Below, piece after piece: positions 13,776 through 26,406 of a stretch of 64,000 nucleotides of DNA. A program made the translations under genes and the position numbers. Location: assembly GCF_001194135.2 (NCBI RefSeq), contig NC_068982.1, positions 150,826,442 to 150,890,441 of the forward strand, written 5' to 3'. Origin of the DNA: Octopus bimaculoides (Eukaryota). Each line of letters opens with the position of its first letter. Within the stretch, counting starts at the first letter, position 1. Under the pieces are notes generated by a model. That model was given only the letters and a program-made list of their open reading frames with translations. It did not search any database and had not been told where the DNA came from.

Positions 13776-15339
13776 AGTAATGATATCAGTTATGTTATTA
13801 ATATTAGTATTAGCTGTAGCATCGAGATCCTGTCTTCATTTTGTGTTGTTGTTAAGATCGAGACTTCTTCATTATACTCTTGTGTATTGATCTATGTCTT
13901 TCCTGGGCCATGGGTTCTGGGTCTCTGCAAGCAGAAATAGGCTTGTTAAAATAATGTAGAAATAAAATAACTTTTTACAGAAAGTAATAAACCAACAGGC
14001 AAAAAAAAAAAAAAAAAATCCAAGTAACAGTAAGTGACATTGAAGAGTCTAAAGAAATTAAACAATGAGAGTCATAAGATGGTTTAGAGGGAGCCAACAA
14101 TGTAACTGTCTTCTGACTATTTTAACAAAAGCCTATAGTAAGTTATATAACATCTCAGAAACCAATATTCATTGGTTTCGTGGCAATGTTTCTGAAATTT
14201 CTAGACATTTCTGTTCCTGAAATAATAATTTAAATACATAAATCCAGTATATTTGGCTCAGTCTAATTGATTTACAGTATTTAATTATATCTTTCCAGAT
14301 TCTTCTTTAGATCCCAATACTATTTACTATAGGAAATATCCATTCAGAATAGAGTGATTTTTATCAATAATCTCTGCTGATTAATTTGACTAACTTTTTC
14401 ACTGAGATGTTTCTTGTGAAAATAAATCAATATTTTAGCTGTAGTTGTTTTCTTCTGATTGAGCAGACATATCAATTGTATTCCAGCTGTGACCGGTTTA
14501 TCTTTCAGTATACCAGAGTCCATAGAATTTAATGTCAACTTCTTAATTTAGGATAGTAAAGTGTGATTTAGTAGTTATTTGGCTGCTATATCTTGTAGAT
14601 TGAATGATTGCTTAGAAACTTCCTGGTTAACTTGATTAATACTTTATTTTTAGCTGTACATACTGTAAACATTTTGAAATTAGAATATACAAGGAAGTTT
14701 TAGGTCCTTGAAAGTTGAATTCATCTGACAGTTCTAGCTCTGTTTAAGGTATAACTCTTTTTATATAACTTACATAGTACTACATTATTCTCTATAACAT
14801 ACTTTCAGGTGTGAGTCATATAAGTTCTCCAGTGCTACTCAGCCTAACACAATCATCTAAAGACATTTTACAGCTACCCTTACTACACAATTTGCTTGCA
14901 ATGATTATGCACATTTGCTTTGCATTAGGCAAACACATGATTTGACAAATTCCCCAGAACCACTTATATTAGTCAGGTTGATCAATTATTTGTATTTAGT
15001 GGCCTGTATTAGCATAACCAACAAATTCTAATGTTAATGCCAACCATTTGTGGCATGGTATGCTGTGTGAATTTAAGTCAATTCTACTGCACTCAAAGAT
15101 TATCCTTAATCAACATTGCACGCAGTCTTTACATGTAACAATTTCTCTTGTCTGGTCTCCCTTATTAAAACATGGATCCATATTCACATCAGCTTGTGCA
15201 ACTTGTACAATGATGTTAACAAGAATAATCTCAAATTTCAAAAAAATTAATTTGACTCATTGAATAGATTCTCCCTGAAATGGATGCCTGTGGCCATTGC
15301 CCTCTCTGCTCCACTGGTTTTCTTTGACTTCAATATATA

Positions 15340-15530
15340 TACATCTGGCAGTTTCTGTAGCACAAGCGTGGCTGTGCAGTTAAGAAATTTGCTTCAGAAC
15401 CATGGGGTGAAGGGCCTGGTCCCACTGCACGAATGTTGTCAGCTAATGTTCTATACTACAGCTGTGGGTTGACCAATATCTTCTGGATGAAATTGTTAGA
15501 CAATAACTGAAGAAGTTTGTCAAAAATGTG
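15340..15530 (+). mobile_element. CORE-like tRNA SINE
   Basis: ggctgtgcagttaagaaatttgcttc..ggtcccactgcac..; same family as 35820. Confidence 0.55.
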
Positions 15531-16624
15531 TGTGTGTGTGTGTGGGGGGGGCATGCATGTGCACGTTGTGTGCATGTTTTTGTGTTGGTGATTTTGTATT
15601 TCTGTGTTTTTTGTGTTTGCTGATTATAAACAAAACACCAACCTCTCTATTAATATAAGCAGTAGCATAGTACAACTGAACTTCTTGACATGTTTTGAAA
15701 TGTTATGCAATCTTAATAAATATTCCTGGGTTGTTTATTGGTCAGTAAATCAGGAGATTACTACCTTACTTGGAAATGGGTGAAGGTCAGTGACAGGAAA
15801 GGCATCAAGCCATAGAAATTCTGCCTTGACAAATTCTGTCTGACCCAGGAAAGCAAGGAAAAGTGGTTGTTAAAACTATGATGATGATGGTGATAATAAT
15901 TAATTTACTTTACTTATGATGTTAAGGCTTGTAAGAAAGGCATTAATGTTATAAATTCCCTTTTCTTCACATTCTTTTATTTTTTTAGAGCTTTGGTAAT
16001 ATATGCATAGAATGTATTTCAATGGGTGAATGAGTCAAGTAATTAAGCTGAAAACTAAGATTTAATTAGTTTTTTAAGATTTCAATCTTCATCAGCAGCA
16101 GAAATCATTTAGAAACAAATTACTCTCTGAAAAACCAGTAGTGCCAGCAGAGAGCTCCTTCAAATGCAGTCGCTGTATACAAGATTGCCACTCCAGTGAG
16201 GGCCTATACAGCCACAGAAGATGCTATATTACCATCAGCAGCTGACACAATTTCTTTGGGCACAGATCCATGACCTCTCGAAACTGATGGATGCCTACTA
16301 CTCTCTGATCTGGTTTGATTAAAACTTTTTAGACTTTTCTTTTGATCACTTGATTCTTAGGGCAGCTTCTCAAGAAATGTTTTCCTTTCCTTTTCTTTTG
16401 TATTTCACAATATATTGAATTATTATTCAAGGCTGTTTTACTGCTGGTTGCCTGCTGCCTTGTTGAGAGTGACTTATGACCTATAACAATTTGTTTTTCA
16501 GTTATAGCACTCTTAAGTCATTTATGCCATTGATAACAAAACACTTTGACACTTTTGATTTTTCATTGATCAAAAGTCCCTATCAGTAAATAAGCAACTT
16601 ATTATATATCACACATCATAAGTA

Positions 16625-16790
16625 AAAGTGTGGTTGGGTGGTAAAGAGTTTAACTTCATAATCACTGGGTTCTAGGTTCAATCCTGTTGTGTAGAACCTT
16701 CAGCAAATGAGATACTATAACCTTAGGTTAACTTAAACCTTGTAAGTGGAATTGGGCAGACAGAAAGTGGGCAGAAGTACACCATATAGA
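16625..16790 (+). mobile_element. tRNA-derived SINE fragment
   Basis: gtggttgggtggtaaagagttt..ctaggttcaatcctg (B box)..ccttgtaagtggaattgggcagacagaaa. Confidence 0.5.
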
Positions 16791-17922
16791 CTGTCTTCTT
16801 CTTGATTGAAGAATTAATCTGATGCTTGACCCTTGAAAGCTTTTAATAGGGTCCAAATATTCACACCAAGTCCTCAGTTTCTTCATATGCTCTTTCTTAT
16901 AGTAGAGTTCTTGTTTCCACAATCAGTTTTGGAAACCCTGCAAAAGATCATTAGCATTGCCCTTCATCCTTAGACTTAAGTCATAAAGAAAGAAAAATAT
17001 AACGTGAATGTAAGGTAAATAGTTCACTTTCATTTGTTCATCATAGTCATTATTGGTTCAGACATCAGAGTGGCAAAAGGTAATGAATTACTGGTTAAAA
17101 GTAATAATACTAAACCATACTTTGAAGGAGCATTTCATATGTGTATATTGCAACAGCATCTGACTCTTCTATCAATACTAATATTATATATTTACATTAT
17201 CATCCACAGATGTTGGCTAATGAAATTGTCATATTTTTTCCTCAACTTCACAAATATATACAAATAATTTTTACAAATGACTTTTTTTTTTTCATCAAAA
17301 TTCTCAAGTTACTTAATTTTCTGAATTCATTTTATGATAATGTTAATGTCACCAGTTTTCAACAAACGTCTATCAATATTTGCTGTGTAATTTAAGATTA
17401 GCTCTGATGCTGCATCAATAATCTAATCAAAGCACAAGTAATATTTTAGGAGTTAAAGGTCACTCCAGTAGCTTTTATATGACAGTTTCATGAATCTATA
17501 TTATTATGCTTTAGTACATTGATTAAATAGGATTTGTTTAGTACATTGCTCAAGCCTATATAATTACAGAGTAAACAATTATAGAAATTTCTTTTGAAAT
17601 TTTTTTGCTGTCTTTCTCACACTGACCTAAAAGTGATTGATACTACAAAAATAGACTAATTCTTGGTTTTCAAGAATATTTTCTGAAGGTTAGTATATGA
17701 TACTATACTACTGTTTGAAATATAAGACACCGAGGTCAATTACACAAACATTCCACCCATAATAGTAAAGTTCACATTAAAATGTATAATTGAGTTGAGC
17801 ATAAGAATAATTATACTGTGAGGAAATGAAAACATGAAGTTGCTTCCTTCCGGTCACTGTATGATTATTTTTAATCATATTTTTGATGACTGTATTAAAT
17901 ACATTAATACTGATTTAACCTA

Positions 17923-18817
17923 TGAGGTGATATCAAAAAGTTTCCTGACTAGTTATGTTTAATAAAAAATAACTTATTCACCTAAATTTTAACATCATTC
18001 TCTTCAAAATAGTCCTCTTGCACAGCAATACACCAGTCCCAGTGTATCTACCCCTTTTGGAATTTGGCCTGGAAGTCGTTTTGCATAAGTGAGTTGAGGA
18101 CCTTCTGTGATTCACTCTGGATCTTGACAATGGTGTTAAAATGGCAACCTTTGAGCTGCATCTTCATCTTGGGGAAAAGATGGAAGTCTGCAGGTGCTAA
18201 ATCTGGTGAATAGGGTGAGTGCAGAAGTGATACTATGTTTTTGGTGAGAAACTCACAATTGAGGAAAGCTTGGTGATGGGGTGCATTGTCATCATGAAGA
18301 ATCCAATTCTTCACAGATGTTAGGATTGCCTACACAGACCCATGTAGCAGACCAACAACATCAGCAATGTCATTGATTGTCCTCCAATGGTCTTCATGCA
18401 CAAGCTGATGAATTTTCTCCACATTTCTGGGGGCGATGCTCATGGCAGGTCGCCCAGATCACTCATAATCTTCCAGGGGTGTTTTTCTGCTTTAGAAGCA
18501 CCCATAGCACTTGAAATATTGTGTATGATTCATTGCCTCATTGCTATAAGCTTGCCAAAGCATGCTCAGTGTCTCTGTAGCAGACTTCCCAAGTTTAATG
18601 CAAAATTCCACATTGGCTCTTTGTTCCAACTTCCTGTCCATGACAAAAATCACAGCCTACAGCATACAAATTTTACAGCTTGCAAAGTAAACACAGCAAT
18701 GCCACATGGCATACTGCCTCATGAAGGTCACTGCTAGATCTCACTGTGCATGCAACCATGTGTTGCCTTCTGTTGGTGCACTACAAAACTAGCTCAGGAA
18801 CTTTTTGATACCACCAG
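17923..18817 (-). mobile_element. Internally deleted mariner transposon with TIRs and TA TSD
   Basis: TIRs tgaggtgatatcaaaaagtttcctga / tcaggaactttttgataccaccag flanked by TA; WILHDDNAP..HSPYSPDLAPADFHLFPKMK (18048-18314). Confidence 0.92.
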
Positions 18818-19746
18818 TATATGGTCAGTTTACACTATTCACCTGCAACATTGGCTTCATATTCTGCCAGAAAAACATTTTGGCTTTACTCAATAAAGTC
18901 TGATTGCAGTTGAATCAAGGATAAAAGGAAAATTAGATCTGGTTATAGAGTTTTATAAGAAATTTTCTATCCTTGAAAATTGATAGTCTGCATGATTTAC
19001 ACACAAACACATATGCTGGCATGCGCATGTGCATGTGTGTTTACCCACTTATATTCATTTACTGTAGATTGAATCTTTACTCCCTTTATTAAACTTATCT
19101 TAATTTTGGTTATGCTAGTCATTACTTGTTCCACACACAATAACATCATCATTATAAGGAAATGTTACATTTAGATGCTAAACTGTAATTATATTATAAA
19201 TTATTTTTTGAAAATCCGCTATGGCATTCTTCAACCCAAAAGACATTTTACAAAACTGATATTGCTCATCTCTTTTGAAAAAAAATTGACTAGAATAGTA
19301 TCAGCTCTACAATTTTTAAAAATACCCTTCAAAATTTGAGGAGTGGTCAAACCATAAATTGAGACTGTAGATGAAGTTCAATTGTATTTCATCTCCCCAC
19401 CTTTGAGGAGAGGCACAAAACTTCATCCCAACATTTATCAATGGACGTTAATGATGACTATTTTAATACTTTTGCTTGTAGTATTGCATCATGTAAGCTT
19501 GAGATCATTATTTTCAAGTAATCTTTGTAGTGCATCATTCTGTTGGAATCAAATCATAAGGGTATCCTGTATGCCTTCTTCAGTGGCACATATCTCAGCT
19601 TAATATCACAAGGTATGAATAAAGTTTATGATAAAATCTCATACTTGCTATTTACAAATTGCCACAAAGTGGCTGGCAAAAGCTATATTTTCTGGTTTAA
19701 TATAGAAAGACACAAGTTTATTAAAGCAATGAGGAAAGGTGTTATA

Positions 19747-19958
19747 CAGGGTGTCCACAAAGTCTGGGTACATGGAAATTAACACATACTTTAAGAAATT
19801 ATTATTTCTTATATTTAATTGTTTATGTCATGATTTTATTTACTCCATATACTCAAATGGGGATTAACACATACTTTAAGAAATTATTATTTCTTATATT
19901 CAATTGTTTATGTTATCATTTTATTTACTCCATGTACCCAGACCTTGTGGACACCCTG
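19747..19958. mobile_element. Tc1/mariner-type MITE, 212 bp
   Basis: ~30-bp TIR cagggtgtccacaaagtctgggtacatgga / tccatgtacccagaccttgtggacaccctg, TA on both sides, internal ~75-bp tandem duplication. Confidence 0.88.
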
Positions 19959-21121
19959 TATAATACAACTACCTTTCTGATGCAATATACTCATGGAAAT
20001 TTTCAGAAATATAGTTTAATTATAAGAGTTTCTTATCTTCTTTTGATATGGTGACCTTGATTTAAAAATTTTGAAAATGCAATACCAATATGACTGCTAT
20101 TTTTTTTAACTATTTGGATCTGAAGGAAAGGGCAGTGCCTATGATCTTTGTAGATCTCCAAGATAGATGGGTTTGAGACTGTTAATGTTCTGCTAAAATA
20201 TCTTATGTCAATATCTGCAAGAAAGACATGAATAGAGAAAAGAATCCAGAGGGCCATTGTTCCTGGGGTGGAGGGAATTTTTCTGAAAGATTACAAAAAT
20301 TTCTGAACACAATTGAGTAGATAAGAAATACTTCCATAAGTTTTGTTCAGTGACGTCATTCTTTTTTATTTAACATTGTACTGATAGTCATATGACATGC
20401 ATATACACATGACAAAGTTCACATTTCACCACAGTTTGTAATGTTAGAAAGCTAATCTGATGTTTAAAAGGCGCCATCAAATAATATTGTAGACACTAAA
20501 TTTATTTTTTTCCAATTCATTATCAAATTAATCTAGATATTCTATTAGATACATTAAAACCAAATTAGATATTAAAACCAATTAATACTAAAGTTATTTT
20601 TAATTGGATTCCTCATGTAAAAATAAAAGAAAATGGTCTAAGTCATGTAATATTTGGCAGGGCACACAATATTTAATTTGAGCAAAAATTTTGGAATAAA
20701 ACAGGGTTCAGTTAAAATTATTTATTAATGTTAGTGCTATGAGTTGTATTATGAAGGGAAAAGAAAACTTTTAAGATAACAATGAAAAAAAAAAGGCATG
20801 AATAATTTAACTACTCCCAATTGTCACCTGATTCACTATTTCCTTTAATTCTCACTATGTAATTGGGTCACAATGAAGAAGATAAAGCTGCAGTGTAAAT
20901 ACCTCCATAATTATTTCATTACTATTTTGAAGGGCCAGACAGGACAGCAGCAGTGATATAATATGAATGTTTTTTAGGAACAATAAATTTAGGAAGGAGG
21001 GTGTTGATAGTGGCAGACTAATTCATATTTCACATATTTTTTTCTTTTGTAAGTTAGTTTAATCCTTTTATGAAAGAGCTAAAATGTTAATTTGACAAAA
21101 TGTGAGGCTTTATCTTGCTCA

Positions 21122-21722
21122 CTTGTATGACAGTGATGCTTGTTTACAAGTGTCATGTGATGCCAAGATAAGGAGACATGATCACAAACACATACACATA
21201 TCATCAAGCTTCTTTCAGTTTCCATCTACCTATTTCAAACAAAAAGATATTCTCTAAACAAAAAATAATGTAACTTTATGTAACTTTAGAATAATTAAAC
21301 AGCTGAACAAATTACATGAACCAATTTTTACAAAAATCTACCAGATGATTTGAAGTGTTTCTGTATACCGTAGAGAGAATTCTGTATAGTGTAGGTGAAG
21401 TTCTACATAATGGTAGGTATCATAGATGAAAAGATGCTGCTCATGTAATGTTCACTTTTCCATGATTTCATGGATCAGGTAGAATTTGTTGAGGTAGATT
21501 TTCTATGGCTTTTCTGTTGCTAACCCTGAGCTGTTTCTAAGCAAGGTAATATTTCCCCATGGCTTGGAGCATAGATATATCTTCATAGTAGACAGGAAAT
21601 GAAGGACACTGCTTGTATGACAGTGATGCTTGTTTACAAGTGTCATGTGATGCCAAGATAAGGAGACATGATCACAAACACATGCACATATCATCAAGCT
21701 TCTTTCAGTTTCCATCTACCTA
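21122..21722. repeat. 111-bp near-perfect direct duplication (21122-21232, 21612-21722)
   Basis: cttgtatgacagtgatgc..ttccatctaccta twice, one mismatch seen. Confidence 0.9.
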
Positions 21723-21850
21723 GTACACCCATGGGGCTTTGGTCAGTCTGAGACTATAGCAGAAGACATTTGGCCAAGGTGCCACACAGTGGGACTGAAC
21801 CTGAAACCTCATGGTTGTGAATTAGACTTTTTAACCACATTCATGCCTGC
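21470..21850 (-). mobile_element. CORE-like SINE (minus strand) with internal repeat body
   Basis: Reverse complement of head ggttaaaaagtc..tcaggttcagtcccactgtgtggcaccttggccaaatgtcttctgctatag. Confidence 0.6.
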
Positions 21851-23417
21851 ACCTTAATAAATTACAGAATAATCTGTGAGAGGGTAACCCCTAATTGCTT
21901 GTTTTTGTTTTTCAAACACTCATGAGGAGAAATTACTCAGTGAAGGCAAAATGGAATATAATCAACGTTATCAAGAGCGGATTGAAAACTTAGAGCACAA
22001 AAAATCTCATTATGTCTGTACTTCTATGTACAAAACCTTTTAATAATATAAATAACACTACGGTGGTAGACCTGGCATGCTGTCTAGTTTAACACTGTCA
22101 GCTGGATCAGACCATCAGTTCTCTCCTGACACTGATCTTCAGATGTTCCAGATAGACATCAGCCATATAAATTTTATTAACATGCGGAGTTCTGTAAAAG
22201 TCGCTCTTAAATTATAAAATAACACCCTGTCTGATGCAATCAAGACAAAATAAGTGCCTATGTATAGTTAAAAAATTAACTTACTTGGGTATTAAAGATA
22301 TATCTCTGTGCTTTGGTTTTAGGTTAGTTTTAAAACTGTTGTCATCCTTGGAGGGAAAGGAAGCATAGTCTACCTGGAAAATGTGAAACAATATTCATTA
22401 AAAGTAATTAGAATGTTGAGAAGACAAACAAGTCACCAACATTGCTTGTGTCCTCAGCTGTAGTCATCATTTTATGATCTTGTAGTGAACACTTGAGTGA
22501 AATTTCTCTCTCCCCTTCATTATATATATGTGCATTTGAACATAGCAGGTAACAGCTAGCCTTTGACTGCTATTTGAACCCCGTTATGTCCACTACTCCG
22601 ATTAGTTGGTATTGGCGCAATTTGTCTCCTACTCTGTCGAGCCAATCTGCAGTGTATAACCGATCGGAGCCTCTAAATAAAATCATGTGAGACAGCCTGT
22701 TCTCAACCCAGTTTTGAGTGTACAGCTCCTTATAAAAACCTAGTCTCTCCTCGTCTCTAGTCTTTGATTCCAGACCTTTAAGGTCTAGCCACTGACCACA
22801 CAAGACACAGCCAATTCCAGCAACAACACCACAGAGCCATGTTGAGACTTACCAACATCGTCCAATAGCATTATGGCAATCTCTTTCTTTGTTGCCACCA
22901 TCATCTTCTTAATGTTGTCAACATCATCTCTCTACACAGCTCAACAAGCAATTCACGCAGGTTCCAATACTTCATTGCTTGCAAATTACTTCACCATGGA
23001 TCAACAGTGAATATATAACCTGCGAGGACTCCTGTACCAAGTGACCCAGGCAGCAGCATCGCAGTCACAACTTTGTACGACATGCGTCATGTATGACATA
23101 CTGCAACTGGCTCAGCATCATGGCCACACCTTCTTGATACTGTATTTCAGCTACTGTGTACAATTGATTACAAACTGGTACTCTAATTCTTATGTCTGAA
23201 CATTCTTCTAACTTCTCATTATAGACTCTTTCACTGTCTACTTCACTGCTATTCTTATATGTACTTAACGCACACACATACAACCATGCCTGTACACACA
23301 TACACTTTGTCCTCATGATGGCCTTAAAAATCATGCTAAACCTGAACTTGTCTGTGCTACTACCAAGTAAAACGCACTGAGTCCACTCTGCAGAGTGGTT
23401 GGTATTAGGAAGGGCAT

Positions 23418-25210
23418 CATCATCATCATCATCGTTTAACGTCCGCTTTCCATGCTAGCATGGGTCGGACGATTTGAGTGAGGACTGGTGCAACCGGATG
23501 GCTACACCAGGCTCCAATCTAATTTGGCAGAGTTTCTACAGCTGGATGCCCTTCCTAACGCCAACCACTCAGAGAGTGTAGTGGGTGCTTTTACGTGTCA
23601 CCCGCACGAAAATGGCCATGCTCGAAATGGTGTCTTTTATGTGCCACCCGCACAAGAGCCAGTCCAGGGGCACTGGCAACGATCTCGCTCGAAAACCCTA
23701 CAAGGCCAGTCAGGTGGTACTGGCAACGGTCACGCTCAGGATGGTACATCTTATGTGCCACCCGCACAAGAGCCAGTCCAGGGGCCCTGGCAACGATCTC
23801 ACTTGGCTTGCCGGGTCTTCTCACGCACAGCACATTTCCAAAGGTCTCGGTTAGTAGTCATCCCCTCTGTGAGGCCCGATGTTCGAAGGTCTTGCCTCAC
23901 CACCTCAGCCCAGGTCTTCCTGGGCCTACCTCTTCCACGGGTTCCCTCAACTGTTAGGGAGTGGTACTTTTTCACGCAGCTATCCTCATTCATTCTCACC
24001 ACATGTCCAAACCAGCGCAATCGTCTCTCTTGCACACCACTACTGATGCTTCTTATGTTCAGCNNNNNNNNNNNNNNNNNNNNNNNNNNNNNNNNNNNNN
24101 NNNNNNNNNNNNNNNNNNNNNNNNNNNNNNNNNNNNNNNNNNNNNNNNNNNNNNNNNNNNNNNNNNNNNNNNNNNNNNNNNNNNNNNNNNNNNNNNNNNN
24201 NNNNNNNNNNNNNNNNNNNNNNNNNNNNNNNNNNNNNNNNNNNNNNNNNNNNNNNNNNNNNNNNNNNNNNNNNNNNNNNNNNNNNNNNNNNNNNNNNNNN
24301 NNNNNNNNNNNNNNNNNNNNNNNNNNNNNNNNNNNNNNNNNNNNNNNNNNNNNNNNNNNNNNNNNNNNNNNNNNNNNNNNNNNNNNNNNNNNNNNNNNNN
24401 NNNNNNNNNNNNNNNNNNNNNNNNNNNNNNNNNNNNNNNNNNNNNNNNNNNNNNNNNNNNNNNNNNNNNNNNNNNNNNNNNNNNNNNNNNNNNNNNNNNN
24501 NNNNNNNNNNNNNNNNNNNNNNNNNNNNNNNNNNNNNNNNNNNNNNNNNNNNNNNNNNNNNNNNNNNNNNNNNNNNNNNNNNNNNNNNNNNNNNNNNNNN
24601 NNNNNNNNNNNNNNNNNNNNNNNNNNNNNNNNNNNNNNNNNNNNNNNNNNNNNNNNNNNNNNNNNNNNNNNNNNNNNNNNNNNNNNNNNNNNNNNNNNNN
24701 NNNNNNNNNNNNNNNNNNNNNNNNNNNNNNNNNNNNNNNNNNNNNNNNNNNNNNNNNNNNNNNNNNNNNNNNNNNNNNNNNNNNNNNNNNNNNNNNNNNN
24801 NNNNNNNNNNNNNNNNNNNNNNNNNNNNNNNNNNNNNNNNNNNNNNNNNNNNNNNNNNNNNNNNNNNNNNNNNNNNNNNNNNNNNNNNNNNNNNNNNNNN
24901 NNNACAGCTCTCACTAACCATTCTTCTATCCCAAGTTTCCTCATTGACCACCAGATAAGGGATCGGGGGACCCTGTCAAAGGCTTTCTCCATGTCAACGA
25001 AGGCCAGGTACAGAGGTTTATCCTTGGCTAGATATTTCTCCTGCAGCTGTCTCACTAGAAATATGGCATCAGTGGTGCTTTTACCTGGCACGAACCCAAA
25101 CTGCATCTCATCTAAATTGATTTGCTCCCTAATTAGTTGGGCTATGACCCTCTCCGTAACTTTCATAACCTGATCTAACAGCTTGATGCCTCTGTAATTA
25201 TTAGTATCTA
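23418..25210 (-). mobile_element. Young 5'-truncated RTE LINE (RT to 3' tail), 840-N gap inside
   Basis: No stop in visible parts: NNYRGIKLL..QFGFVPGKSTTDAIF..FVDMEKAFDRVPR..WLVRA [gap] [24 protein letters not shown]; then SINE-like tail and (GAT)n. Inserted into an older plus-strand SINE (23365-23418 and 25211-25330). Confidence 0.95.
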
Positions 25211-25424
25211 AAACCCCCACGAAAATAGACACAATAGCCTGGGGTAGTCTTCTACCTGGCTGGTTCCTGTCAACCATCCTACCCATGCATGCATGGAAGA
25301 TGGACATTAAATGATGATGATGACGATGATAGATGCTTTCTTCAGAATATAGCTCTGGAAGCGTGAGATTAAAGGAAATAACATACCAAATATATGAGAG
25401 AGAGAGAGAGAGAAACTGACTTAC

Positions 25425-25571
25425 CATTTCATCTCTTTTTTGATGAATAACATTAGAAAATTCAACTTTCAGTGTGTTAAGGTGTTCTCGCATGGAGCTC
25501 ACTTCTTCTTCTAGAATAGCAACTTTACGGAAAGCTTGGAGCTGACAATCAACAAAGGACTTCACCAAATT
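25425..25571 (-). CDS. CCDC171: CCDC171-like exon, 147 nt, phase 0/0 ([10 protein letters not shown]...HQKRDEM)
   Basis: Acceptor ttctattaaag|AAT, donor ATG|gtaagt; resembles AMIKSFMDVYQ...LKSELH. Confidence 0.87.
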
Positions 25572-26366
25572 CTTTAATAGAAAGAAATTCATAATATATA
25601 ACAAACTAGCAAAATTATAATATTGTTATGATCATTATCTGTTTTTCAAAAGTTTCATGCTAGTTTCTATTTCACCATTAAATGAACCTATATGTCTTGA
25701 GGCATAAGCAGAATTTTTTTTTTCTGTGAATGTAGGAGTTTGTATGTTATATCTGTATTGCTTTAGTTTCTGGATGGGTAATGTCAGTGTGCACACATGA
25801 CAGAGTGTAAATGATTTAAGAGGAAAACTAAGTATAAGAGGGATCAGATGTTGCGTGCAAGAGAGAAGACTGCACTGGTTTGGTCATGTGATGAGTATGG
25901 ATGAGGACGGCTGCATAAAGAAGTGCTGAGCTCTAATTGTGGAGGGAACCTGTGGAAGGGGTAGACTTAGGAAGACGTGGGACAAAGTGGTGAGAAAGGA
26001 TCTTCAGACGATGGGCCTCACTGAGGAAATGACAAGGGACAGGGAGTTGTGGTGATTTACTGTACTTGAAAAGATACATCAAGCTAAGTAAAACTGCTGT
26101 TATCCATACATACAGGGTCATCCTTTACAGGTGCTGGTGCCACATAAATGCACTCATGCCAGTACTGCATAAACACACTCATGCCAGTGGCATGGTAAAA
26201 GCGCCAAGCACACTCTGTAAAGTGGTTGGCACAAGGAAGGGCATCCAGCCATAGAAACCATGCCAGAACAGACAAATGGAGTCTTGACAACTCCCTGGCT
26301 GGCCAGCTCCTGTTAAACTGTCCAACCCATGCCAGCATGGAAAATGGACGTTAAATAATGATAATG

Positions 26367-26406
<40 letters not shown>

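Noticed and set aside
14344-14538. 64-aa minus-strand ORF as terminal exon
   Set aside because: Poor acceptor context and no recognisable similarity.
23488-25173. 561-aa plus-strand ORF and other ORFs across 24064-24903
   Set aside because: Antisense shadows of the RTE extended through Ns.
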